Under the pieces are notes generated by a model. That model had not been told where the DNA came from. It made no database searches and saw nothing but the letters and a program-made list of their open reading frames with translations. From the NCBI RefSeq assembly GCF_016432865.1, contig NC_067400.1:620001-684000 (forward strand): a stretch of 64,000 nt of DNA. Direction: 5' to 3'. Positions 34,044 through 44,668 of the stretch are shown here, in pieces. Position 1 is the stretch's first letter; every line of letters starts with the position of its first letter. A program made the position numbers and the translations under genes. The stretch comes from Antechinus flavipes. Its lineage: Eukaryota.

Positions 34044-37000
34044 CTAAAAACAGATGACAGACGTGACCCGTCTGGCACTCCAACCCACAGTCTTGGGGCC
34101 CAGCCGGCAGCCAGGATGAGGTGCTTTGGGAAGGGAGGCAGCTACACTTTTCACCCAGCCCATCTGGGCAGCTCCCAGCCCCACCGTCCCAGGCTAACAG
34201 ACCCCCCCCCCCCCCCCCAGCCCGGCCCCCGAGTGCCGCTCATGCTCTGTCCTCCAAGACATCCCCTGGGTATCCCCACAGCCCGTGCAGGCCCCTGGTG
34301 ACAACCCGAGTCCGTGCCCGCTGTGGCTGCCCATCCTGGACGCTGGCTGTCTCAGAACATACCTCGGGACAAATGAGGCTGGAAGGTGGGGATCAGCGGG
34401 GGGACTCTGGCCTCCATCCTTCCTGAGCCCCTCCCACAGTGGCCTCTAACCTAAGTTAGTGTTTGGCTGTGCTCTCCCCACCCCCACCTCATCCTTGGGA
34501 TTTTCTCTTTTGGGGGCATTCACATGGAAGACTACTGGACTTTCTGCCAGTCTCACAGACCCTCGGAACAATGCCAGCACTGCTAATGCCCCCGAGTCTC
34601 TGGAGATGGCTCTCCCTCTTCCTCCCTCCATGGTCCGGCCACCTGTGGAGCAGCCCTGAATGCACTCTCCCATCAGGACCCCAGCCTGAGGGCCAAGCTC
34701 TGAGCAGGGCCCTCCCCCTCCTCTGGCTTCCAGTGCCCCCAGACTCCACCTGCCTCCATCAGCATCGCTGGTGACATTTACTCTCTGGGAAATCTATCTT
34801 CCCCCAATCCAGTGACTTCACCGGTGCAAGGAATTTGCTGTCAGAAGCCTCCCTCCCCCTGGGCTATGGGTCTCTCAGCCAGCATAGAAGGAGGGAGGCC
34901 GTGGCTCTTGCCCCATGCCATCTTCCAATGTCACATCCCCTGATCCCGGCATGAACGGCCCCTTCCCCATTTGACACTAAGTGGGATGACTGGTGTGATC
35001 CTACCCATAAGGATCCCCCAATGCGGCGCGAGAGAGTACTCACAAAAGAGCAGGTGTTTTCAGAATTCTTGCTCCCCCTGGCTGATTGGGAAACACATCT
35101 TCCAAAAAAAAATATATGTGTCCCACCGCAATTCCTAGAGTCAACCACAAAACAAGGGGAGAAAAAGAGGGGAGAAATGAAACACCGGGCCTGTGCTGCC
35201 TGTGGACCTGGCCAAGAGAGAGTAGACTCTGGGGGGAAAGCACAGCCTGGGTCTCTTACCCAGGAGGTCCACGATGATGGAGTTGCCCAGTAACAAGGAA
35301 AAGCCCATAAGGACCCAGGGCAGAAAGGGGGCCTGGAAGTTGAGAAGACCAAAGAAGTTCATGCGAACATATGGATTCCTTCGGCTCCACACATAGACGA
35401 GCATGATAGTAAAGGCCTGGCCCAAGAAAACTAAACTCACGAACAAACCGAAAAGCTACCGGCGGCGTCAAGGAAAACCATTGCAGGTGGACAATCGAGG
35501 GGGCAAGGGAACTTTGGGGGAGAGTCCAGAGCACAGCCATGGCTCTTGAGAGCACCAGGGTCAGCGGGGCAGTCGGACACTCTGGGTCCCTCCCTCCCCC
35601 TCCTCCCGGCCCGGGGGGGGGGGGGGCGGGGGAGCCTTCTCCCCCCATGACACCCTTCCAGGAGCAGACTTCTTTCCAGGCTGGCCTCTGTCATGATGCA
35701 GCCCCTCTGGAGTACGGGCCTTGGGTGGGGCGCAGGACAGATATGAGCCCAGGTTGCAGAGAGGGCGCTTCATAGCCAATGTGCCCCTGGAGGCCCCATA
35801 CAAGCCTGGAAAGGCTGGCAGGGGCAGGCAACAAGAGGGTCTGCACAAATTCTCGGGGCTCCTTCCAGCTGCTGAAGGATACAGTCATTAAGAATCCCCC
35901 AAAAAGGAACATAAATACAAAGTCTGCTGTCCGGCCTCGGAAAGAGCCTTCTTCGAGCATTCGGCAGTAACGGTATCTGAAGGTGGAGTCAGGAAAAAGA
36001 AAACTGTCCAGAAACACAAATGTGAGGAACACACTGGGGGACTCCAGGGACTTAAAGATGCAGCTTCCCCAGACCAAGCCACAGAGGGCAGCTGGGGACT
36101 CTGGGCGCCTTCCCTTGGGGAAGGGCTTGGGCATGCCCCCTTCCTGTCTTCCTCCTTATGAGGAGCCCCCCGCCACACTGTTCTATGACCTCACCTACTC
36201 CTGGCAGCCCCTCCTTCCTTTCCTAACACGCCTCTAAGACAGAGGAGGGGGCTGGGGTCTGCTCGCGCCCACCTGGCTGCCACCCGGCTGGACTGCCGAT
36301 GGCGTGAAGGGTCTGTCCTCACGCTTCGAAGGAGCCGGTCTCCTGTGAGCAGAGTTCCAGCCAGTGCTCTCCAGGGCGGTCCCTCGCTCTCAGAAGAGAA
36401 GCTTACTCTGGGTCTCCAGCCCCCCCTGACCCCTCCTGTTTCTTTACTATATCACTGTCACCCTGTGGGATAATTATCTGTGTGTCGGGGCCCGGACCAG
36501 GCGCTTTTTACAAATAATCTCTCAACAATCTGGAAGCCACAGCTACAGTTTTACATTTTCCCCATTCAAACTCAGGCCTCCAGCTTTGCAGCCGGTGCCT
36601 TGAGGTAGAAACTTGGCCCTTTCTCTCCTCTCACCCCTGGACCACTACGGGGTCGGCGTCTTCCAGCCCAAGAGGATCAGGTCCCATCTCATCAGCTCCA
36701 CGAGCTCCAAGGACTCCCAACGGCCTCCAGATAGAAAATGCCCCCACCTCCCAGCTGCGGGCCTTCTGCCCCTTGCCCGGATGCTCTCCCTGCCCAGAAG
36801 CCCTCCTCTGCCCCTGCCCCGCGGGAAGCGTCTCCTCTTTATCCGCAGGCACCGCTGGCACGCTGTCTTCCCCGGAGATGGCGCTCCTCGGCAGCCTCTG
36901 TATCCCCAGCACACACAGTAGGTGCTTAATCAGGGCTTGACTAACAGGGCAACGTCTACAAAAGTCAAACTGCGGCCAGAACACTGGCTTCCTGACCGTC

Positions 37001-37832
37001 TGGCGGCCCGTAAAGGATACAAGAAAATCATATTAAATAGAAAGTTGAATCCAACTGGTCCAAAGAACAAGAAATTGGTGATTAATCTCCATATCTGTAA
37101 CACGGGGAAAAAGAAATGACCTCAGATACGGTTACCTGGGAAATGTCCAGACTAGGACTTGTCACTCTCTTTCAGCTCTTTTCCGAGGCTGACGTTTCCC
37201 CCCGACGGGGAGGGGGGCACTGTCCTTCAGGGCCTGACCCTATCTCGGCCCGGGGGAATACTTCCGTGTCCCCCACAGTCCGCTCTCCGGATACAAAATC
37301 ACAACAGGAGAACCTTCGCCCTCACCCTTTCCCTTTTAACCTTCTCCCCGAAGCGCGCGGCTCCTCCCAGGGGAAAGACTGGGGTCAGCCAGGCAGCCCG
37401 GGGTTCGTAGGATGAGGGGGAAGCCCGGCACGCAGCAGGCGCTTAATGAATGCAAGTCTGGCGGAACGGAACCATGGCAACCGCGCTGTCCCCTCGCTCA
37501 CCTGGAAGTGCCGGAAGATGAGCTCGGGGTTGAAGTAGAGCTGGAAGGGGGTGATCAACTCTAGTTGCTAGAGAAGAAGAGACAGCCGGTCAGGCAGACA
37601 TCCCATCTCGGTCGGCCCGGCTTCCGCAGCCTTCAGAACCCGGCTCGGCTCAGCCCGGCCCCGGCCCGGCCCGGCCCCCGCCCGTCCTCCCCTTACAGGC
37701 CCCGACCCCGCCCCGCCCTCCGCCGGGCCTCCCCCTCACCACGGCGGCCGTGGTGAGCACGCAGGCCGTGGTGTACGCGCGGCTCACGGGCGGGATCTGC
37801 AGGTACTCCAGCCTCAGGCTCTGGTACGCCAT
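33938..37832 (-). CDS. DERL2: Derlin-2 (ERAD), whole model complement join(37740-37832,37502-37567,37021-37094,35883-35976,35260-35455,35044-35134,33938-34043) = 720 nt, 239 aa
   Basis: [24 protein letters not shown] ... WSRRNP ... [17 protein letters not shown] ... [11 protein letters not shown], near-identical to recalled human DERL2; proximal AATAAA (-) 33565-33570. Confidence 0.97.
35044..35134 (-). CDS. DERL2: DERL2 exon 6
   Basis: [29 protein letters not shown]; 91 nt. Confidence 0.95.
35260..35455 (-). CDS. DERL2: DERL2 exon 5
   Basis: [26 protein letters not shown]; 196 nt. Confidence 0.95.
35883..35976 (-). CDS. DERL2: DERL2 exon 4
   Basis: [31 protein letters not shown]; donor ACT|GTATCCTTC (U12-type). 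Confidence 0.95.
36895..36945 (+). mobile_element. L2 3' terminus
   Basis: cagcacacacagtaggtgcttaat. Confidence 0.6.
37021..37094 (-). CDS. DERL2: DERL2 exon 3
   Basis: [24 protein letters not shown]; donor TT|GTATCCTTT (U12-type). Confidence 0.95.
37502..37567 (-). CDS. DERL2: DERL2 exon 2
   Basis: [22 protein letters not shown]; 66 nt. Confidence 0.95.
37740..37832 (-). CDS. DERL2: DERL2 exon 1 coding part
   Basis: ATG 37832; donor GTG|GTGAGG. Confidence 0.95.
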
Positions 37833-37869
37833 CTTCCCCGCCCGCCCCGCCCCGCGCGCCCGCGGCGCT

Positions 37870-37872
37870 GCC

Positions 37873-37910
<38 letters not shown>

Positions 37911-37911
37911 T
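37870..37911 (-). repeat. (GGC)7 GGT (GGC)5 triplet repeat in the DERL2 5' leader
   Basis: plus strand (GCC)5 ACC (GCC)7 GCT. Confidence 0.9.
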
Positions 37912-38329
37912 GCTTCCGCTTCCGCCGCCGGAGGCGGGACACACGAAGCCTCCTTCCGGGCCTCGAGCTTCCGAGCGGCGCCAATGGGAGGCCTCTGATG
38001 GGCAGCAATCCCAAAATGCCTCGCGGACCACGCCAAGCGCCGCTTAGATGAGCCAATCAATGCCCACCGCCGCTCGTCGTCCCGCCTCAACCCTGAAGGT
38101 CACCAATCGCCATGTCCCAGCTGGAACACAATCTCAGCCAACCAGCGGATCCGTTCGCCTCTCGCCTGCGTCTTATTGGTGAAATAGAGGGTCCGTCCAG
38201 AATGATTCTCATTTATTGGTCTCTACAGGATGCCAATCTCGAGGGGGCGAGGCAAAGCCGTGCGCGGGGAAAGTTTGAAGGAAGCTGTGGGCGCAAAGGC
38301 GCGCGCTTTCCGGATGGGGCGGATCCGGA

Positions 38330-38482
38330 TTTGTATCACAGCTGAGCTGTCACTGTACTCTCGCCGGGTGCGAGCGCTGGCCCAGGGGCGCCAGAGGGAC
38401 CGGGGCACCTGCGTCTCAGTGGTCCGGCACTTGGAGTCCGCCTCGACCCTTCCCGGAAGAGGGAACCCTTCTCAAAGGGCGG
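38330..38482 (+). other. MIS12: Candidate non-coding first exon of MIS12 (5' start approximate), splicing to an acceptor at 38864
   Basis: donor CGG|GTGAGG at 38482/38483; pyrimidine-rich acceptor CCCCCCAG ending 38864, 56 nt before the ATG. Confidence 0.45.
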
Positions 38483-38920
38483 GTGAGGAGACTGAGACCG
38501 GATCCAGCGCCGCTGCTGTGGGGGCGGGGGCAGGGGGTGAGGATTTAGAAGGGCCCGCTGACGCCTCCATCTCGTTTTGGGGAGGGGTCTGTGTGATTCA
38601 GTTTGGGGGGCGACGGGGGGAAGTCGAAGGAGTTGGCCCAGAGATAAGGTGCCCCCCCAGGAGTGGGGCAGGGGCCGCTTTTCTCGGCCTTTGTCTGCAC
38701 AGCCGGGAAGGGATTAGGAGGGCGCAGGTCCTGGAGCTTACAGAGCCCCCCCCCTCCCTAGGTGCCGCCAGGGAGGGGTCAGGGCCAGCCTCAGGGCCAG
38801 CTTTGCCTCCGCCCGCAGGCCGCTGTGCTCTCCATCTTACGCCCGTGTCCCTCTGCCCCCCCAGAGCAGCAGATCTGCCGGTGACCGTCAGCGCCTCTCG
38901 AGGGCTCCCGCCCCGCCGAG

Positions 38921-39532
38921 ATGTCCATCAACCCGATGCTGTACGAGGCCCAGTTCTTCGGGTTCACGCCGCAGACGTGCATGCTCAGGATCTACATCGC
39001 CTTCCAGGACTACCTGTTTGAGGTCATGGTGGCCGTGGAAAAGGTCATGTTGAAGAAGGCCGGAGACCTTCCCGGCTGCGACCTGAGCGCCGTCCAGATC
39101 CGCAGCAGCACCGAGACCTTCCTCCGCTTCATGAAGGAGCGCTTCGACCGCCTCTTCGTCAAGATGGAGCGCGCGCTGCTGCGGCTGGTGCTGAGCATCC
39201 CCCCCACCGTCCTCCTCCCCGAGGACAGGAGCCACGAGAAGCACCCCCAGAGCAGGGAGGAGTTCGGCCTCCTCCAGCAGGAAGTGGGGCAGCTGCAGGC
39301 CCGCTACAAGGCGGAGCTGGGCGCCAGGCGCGCGCTGCTGGCCGAGCTCGAGGTCCAGAAGGTGGTTCGGGAGCGGCTGAGAAAGACTCTGCACTGGCTC
39401 AATGGGCTCGGAGATGTCCACGGGCCCCCGGGCCTGCGGGAGATGATGGCCCTCCTGGTCCAGCACTCGGGCCAGCTGCGCAGCATCACCCAGGACGTGT
39501 CGCAGAAAAGCTCCGGGGGAGGGATGGAGTGA
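38921..39532 (+). CDS. MIS12: Kinetochore protein MIS12 (single coding exon, 203 aa)
   Basis: MSINPMLYEAQFFGFTPQTCMLRIYIAFQDYLFEVM matches the MIS12 N-terminus; ILLPED-like motif VLLPED; head-to-head with DERL2 as in human; candidate AATAAA 40103-40108. Confidence 0.95.
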   Translation: MSINPMLYEAQFFGFTPQTCMLRIYIAFQDYLFEVMVAVEKVMLKKAGDLPGCDLSAVQIRSSTETFLRFMKERFDRLFVKMERALLRLVLSIPPTVLLPEDRSHEKHPQSREEFGLLQQEVGQLQARYKAELGARRALLAELEVQKVVRERLRKTLHWLNGLGDVHGPPGLREMMALLVQHSGQLRSITQDVSQKSSGGGME

Positions 39533-42500
39533 CCGGGCGCCCCCTCCTGGCAGCCAGGACCCTGAGCAGATGTCCGCAAAAACTGCGTCTCTGAGGCTTG
39601 CGGGTGGGCCGGCTTCTGAAAGCTGTGGGCCTCAGCTCCCCCTTTGAGCTGTGGGGTGAGAGCAGGGACTCTTCCCCAGGCTGTAAGAGCTCGGCTTGTC
39701 AGTGATCACTCCTGGCCCAGAGCTGCTCGGAGGCCTGCGAAGTGGGCAGTCACAGTGACTCAGAGGGAGGGCCCCCCAAACTCAGCCCCGTGGCTGAGCT
39801 CGTCTGGTCTGTGTGAACAAGCAGAGTCCCTGCGTCGGGCAGAGCGGGGCAAGGCGGGGCAGCCTCCAGCAAAGGGCAGAGAGGTAAGGCGCTGTAAGCA
39901 AGGAAATTATGCCAAATTTCAATTCAGACCGAGCAACAGGAAGGAGGCTAGCAGGTCTAAGGACACCTTGCCCTGATTTTTGCCCGTTTCTAAACTTTCT
40001 GTTGAGAGGGTTCCGATGAATTGCACTTGTGAAACACTTGATGGTCTCTGTGCTGTTCAAATAGAAATATCATCGAACCTAGGAATGCTTCTGAGCAGCT
40101 GTAATAAAATATGTACAATGGAGTGGGATCATCAGACCTTTGGGAAGTCTTGGGGGGGGGGGCACCATTGGGCCAACCTGTGCCTGCAGTTCTGAGGCAC
40201 TTGGTCTCATCTGCGCAGGAGTGGAAGGGGTTTGCTGGGAGGGAAGGGGCTGTTTTGTGCATCTGAGAAGCTTCTTACTCATTACAGGGGATCACTGGGG
40301 CAACACTGATTAAGAGCCCCACAAAATGGGGATCTAGGTCGCCTGTGCGCCATGACACACACCTAGGGATTGGAAGAATGAAGACATCCTCGTCCTCTAG
40401 GTGCGCGCGCACACACCATGCACACTTTGTATAAGGGCACTTTGTGGGGGTAGCTCAGGAGCAAAGGCAGCAGGGTTGGAGCTGGGCCTTCTCTGCCCGG
40501 GCAGGAAGGAGCAGAGGGCATCTCAGGAGCCACCACAGTCAGCGCAAAAATAGAGTTGAGGAGGGCCATGGAAAAGGCTGGTGTAGCTGTGGGAAAATGA
40601 GTAACTGTGAAGAAGCCAGAGGAAAAGTCTGATGGGGTAAGTCAGCAGCAGCAGCGGGAGTCCTCAGAGCGGAGGTGAAGCAAAGGAATGGGAGGGCGTT
40701 TGAGGAAGGGTCAAGAGGGGAACCCCCACCTGGGGGAGAGGAAGCTTCCAGGGTGGGATTTCAGCCATGGCCGCTGGTGAATTAGCCGTGTTCCTCCCAG
40801 TGAAGGGGAAGTGCCTCAAAGAAGGCCCACAGCCTCCAGCTTGTTGGGGAAAAGAGAGGAAAGATGAGACAAAGGGTGCCAGGGTTGGGGAGAAGGGGGC
40901 GGCAGTGGGCTGGATGGGTTGAGGAGGAAGCAGCTGCTTGTCTTGGGATCTGAGCTTGCCCAGTGAAGGGCAGTCTGGTGAACATTCCTCAGTGCAGCCG
41001 TTGACCTGCCCATGGTACAAGATCGGTGTCCGAGACACGGTCCCTCCACGGCCGCCCCTTGCTGGTGAACCATGAACACAAATAACACTCCAGGAGGCAC
41101 CCTGGCATTGCCAGTGATTGAGAGGTTGCTCTTGTCCACGCTGCTGTCCCCTGAGGTCAAGGAGTGTGTGACAGACGAATAGCTGGCTGAGGGCACGATG
41201 TCTGAGAATGGGAGTGGGATCTCCGAGGGACAAGCTCGGGGCCAGAGATGGGAGCAGACCAACTTAAAATGGGTTGGGGCGGCTCTTAGGTCTGTACGTC
41301 CCCTGTTGGACACTGTGGGGAATAATGAAGAAGGAAAACTAGCCCCTAAAACAATTTGCAGGAAACAAGATCCAAGAGAGGAACAATAGTAACATTCATA
41401 AGCACTTGCATCTGTATGCAAATGCTCAAATTTGGGGCAGCAAACTAATGGTCCTAGCGCATGGTGACATTTTGGCCTCTAGGGATCATGGAACAGTTAA
41501 GTGTCCTTGATTCGGATAAAACAGGAAAAGCGGTAGCTTAGCTCCAAATCTTTTGTACTTTGGACCTGGGAGAGCAGGGGGAATGAAACATGATGGAGGG
41601 TAGTTAGGGTAGGAGAGGCTGGTCCGAGTTACAAAACCATTTTGGGGGATGTAGTTGTGATCACTGCCCTGGTGGGCTTGGTCCCCATAAGGCACGAGGA
41701 CGGAGAGCTTTTAGTTAATTTCCCATAGTTAAGTGAGGGAACTGGGAACGCCCCTGCTGGGGGGAGTTACATATAGAACCCAGAGGAGTCTGTCAAGCAT
41801 TAATAGTGACTGGAATAAAGTAGGGGTCCACAATGAATGGCTTCTTCCCACGTGGGGATGCCACAGTGACTTAAATAACAGGCTGGGGACAGCTTGATGG
41901 CAGAGTGGGCAGACCGGCCCTGCAGTCGGGAGGACCAGCAAGCCAAAGCCATCCAAGTCTAAGTAACAGGCTGGTTTTTTTCTTTCTTTTCCTGCTTACC
42001 TTTCTGTTCTTCCCTTGTGTCCTATATTTGAAGATCAGATTCTAGCTTTTTCATCAGAAATGATTGAGTCACTTCTTCACTGAAGACCCTTCTCTTCCCC
42101 TGAAAGATTCAGTTCAGTCTACGGGAGAGGCGCATGGTGGGGCTGCTAGTGCCTCTGTTCTTCCCATTTGAGCCGCCTTTCTTCCTCCCCAGGCCTAGAT
42201 CCTGGTGGGCACCAGGGGTGCTAATGATGGAGCGGAGCCGTGGAGCCCTTGGCCTGCAGGCATGTCCCAGAGTCCTCCTGGTGTCCTGGGGTAGGAGGGT
42301 CCGTGGGCATGGGACCTGGCCAAGGCAGGAAGCTATTGTGCCACATGCCCATGCCCCCATCCTCTACCCGGGTCACCCACCTCCTGAACTGTTCTGAATG
42401 GCAGCTCAAGGATATAATGACAAAATGACCCAACAGAGAATGTCCTGAGGAAGACAGTCGGTCACTGCTGAGTCTCCCTCCTGATTATGGGCAAGGGGAC

Positions 42501-42913
42501 GATGGCTGCAAGATCTGCGCAAACGGGGTGTCTCCTTACAGCTGGGTTCTTGTTGACTCAGTGAGTTTGACTACACTGCGGAGGGGGCGGCTCCTGCCTC
42601 GGTGTCACAGAGCCAGTTATCCCCAGCTGGCATTCAGACTCCCCAGCGCCATCCTGAAGCCCCCTCTTCTCCAGTTTACTGGCCTGGAGTACCCTGCGGA
42701 GGTGAGCACCCATTGCTGAGGATCTCACCAGGCTGGATGATCCCCTATGGAGGGTTCTATTAAGTCTTGACATAATACCCAGTCTTAGCCCTGGCAAGGC
42801 TCCCCAGGGTCTCTTCAACTTCTTCCATTTGCCACCTCTTTTTGCCTGAGACCCTGGCCACATAGGTATATAAAGTAGCAAAGCAAACGTTTACAATAAA
42901 AAGTCATAAAGAA

Positions 42914-43053
42914 ACCCGGGCATCGGGAGGCGGAAGGCCAGACCGTGGACCCGGGCATCGGGAGGCGGAAGGCCAGACCGTGGACCCGGGCATCGGGAGG
43001 CGGAAGGCCAGACCGTGGACCCGGGCATCGGGAGGCGGAAGGACAGACTGTGG
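42914..43053. repeat. 35-bp minisatellite x4 (ACCCGGGCATCGGGAGGCGGAAGGCCAGACCGTGG)
   Basis: units start at 42914, 42949, 42984, 43019; first three identical, fourth has 2 substitutions. Confidence 0.95.
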
Positions 43054-43235
43054 AACCGGATGTACACAGACCTTGTGCCTGGACACGGAGCCAGGCCAGA
43101 TCTGGACATGAGGATGAGAGTGGGCTTGATCACAATCAGGAAATCACAGACGACACTTAATAAAACCAAAGGGCCCCATGGTGGTGAGTCATTACTGACT
43201 CTTTGTGACCACATTTGGGGTTTTCCTGGAGGAGA

Positions 43236-43330
43236 TATTAGGGGGCTTGCCATTCCCTTCTCCAGCTCATTTTCCAGATGAAAAAACTGAGGCATGCAGG
43301 GGGAAGGGTCTTCCCCAGTGTGGCAGAGCT
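43236..43330 (-). mobile_element. MAR1 SINE fragment
   Basis: ttgccattcccttctccagctcattttccagatgaaaaaactgaggca. Confidence 0.7.
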
Positions 43331-43414
43331 AGTATTTTTCTGATTTTAACTCCAATCTTCTCAACACCCAGGCACTTTCCACTGTGCCACTTAACTGCCC
43401 ACATCACCACATTT

Positions 43415-43720
43415 TAACACAAATTTTTTTTAAAAAAAAACTTACAACTTTTAGAGACTGTTTGCTATTTTTCCATCACCCCTTCCTCAAGCAAAATCAG
43501 TCTGATATAGATTATATGTGTACAACCATATGACACGTATTTCTACTTCATCATGCTGCGAAAAAAGTCAGAACCAAAGGGATGAGAGAAAAAAACAACA
43601 AATATGGATATAAGTCTGCTTAAATCTGCATTCACACTGTCCGGTTCTCGCTCTGGCTGTGGGCAGCTCCTGCCAAGTCAGTGGCCGGGTGAGCCCAGTG
43701 GTTCCCACGGAGTCAGCTGC
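43415..43720 (-). mobile_element. Marsupial L1 3' end fragment
   Basis: T-rich start, ..atctgcattcacactgtcc.gttct..tctggctgtgg.cagc resembles the antisense marsupial L1 3' UTR. Confidence 0.55.
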
Positions 43721-44598
43721 CATCTCTATACTGGCGATTCTCAAATCCATCTTTCTTGCCTCAGGCTGTGTTCAGTCTCTGATGTGAAGATGGGGTCCTT
43801 TCGTTACCCAGTTTTCCTCTCTGGGGGAGGAGCACGGCATGTTTGGATGTACCAGCCTGGCTCTCCGTCGTCTTCTCTTTCTCTTCTCTGGGGCAAACCC
43901 AGGTGCCCCCCACCTGTGACCCAGGAAGCATTCCTGTGCAGCTTGTGTGAATCCCTGGTGCTTTCTGTTTTGTTATATACGTTTTATTGTTTTATCTTTG
44001 ATCTTTTTATAACCTTTCCTTCCTGTTTCTACCCAGCTTTCCTTCTGCCTGAGTTCACAAAGTCTTTGCACTCCCTCTCAACCTCTTCATTTTCCAGATG
44101 TCATGTTTTCAGAAAAGTCACAACTGTTGATCATCAGAGGAAGATAAGGTGTGGATGTATTGCTGTCTACACTGGTGAAGGGTGTGCCCACACTTGGGAA
44201 ATCACAGATCTACCTGCGACCCAGGTCCCCACAGGGATGTTGGAAAGCTCTGCTCCTGGCCCTTGCCCTGGTGATTCAGATTCAGAGTGGGGTTGGTATT
44301 CCTCCATTGGTGTAGACCGGCATCCATCCGCTCCTCCTAATCCTGTACGAGTTTTGCCCGCTCTTCCCACAGATTCTCTGGAGGAGCTTCATCCTCTGAA
44401 CCGGAGGCCTTTCTCAGGATGTCCATGCTTTGCTCATCCCACCTTGCTTTCTGATCATGCATTTTTTGCCCATTGCTCGTTGGTTAGCTAGGGGTCTGCC
44501 CCCAGGGCCTGTGTGTTGGGCTGTTCTGCAGCCAGGCAACATTGCCAAGTTTCTCGGTGTGCAGGTTGAAATTCCTGAAAATAGCTGAATTCAGCCCA

Positions 44599-44668
44599 GC
44601 CCGCTCTCCTACTTCCCCGGCCCGGCCCGCTCTCCTGCTTCCCCGGCCTGGCCCGCTCTCCTACCCGG
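44599..44668. repeat. 26-bp tandem repeat, about 2.7 copies
   Basis: gcccgctctcct at 44599, 44625, 44651. Confidence 0.85.

Larger units (their letters stand above)
37180..39560. promoter_or_regulatory. CpG island / bidirectional promoter DERL2-MIS12
   Basis: CpG-dense; multiple CCAAT/ATTGG boxes 37981-38237; TTTGAA (CHR) 38274-38279. Confidence 0.8.

Noticed and set aside
38888-39466. 192-aa ORF antisense to MIS12
   Set aside because: Expected artefact of extreme GC3 on the sense strand.
42914-43053. 35-bp repeats of CRISPR-like length
   Set aside because: Head-to-tail with no spacers, in a mammalian genome: a minisatellite.
43604-44491. 295-aa plus-strand ORF
   Set aside because: Overlaps antisense L1 debris; Ser/Leu/Phe/Pro-biased and unrecognisable; non-ATG start.
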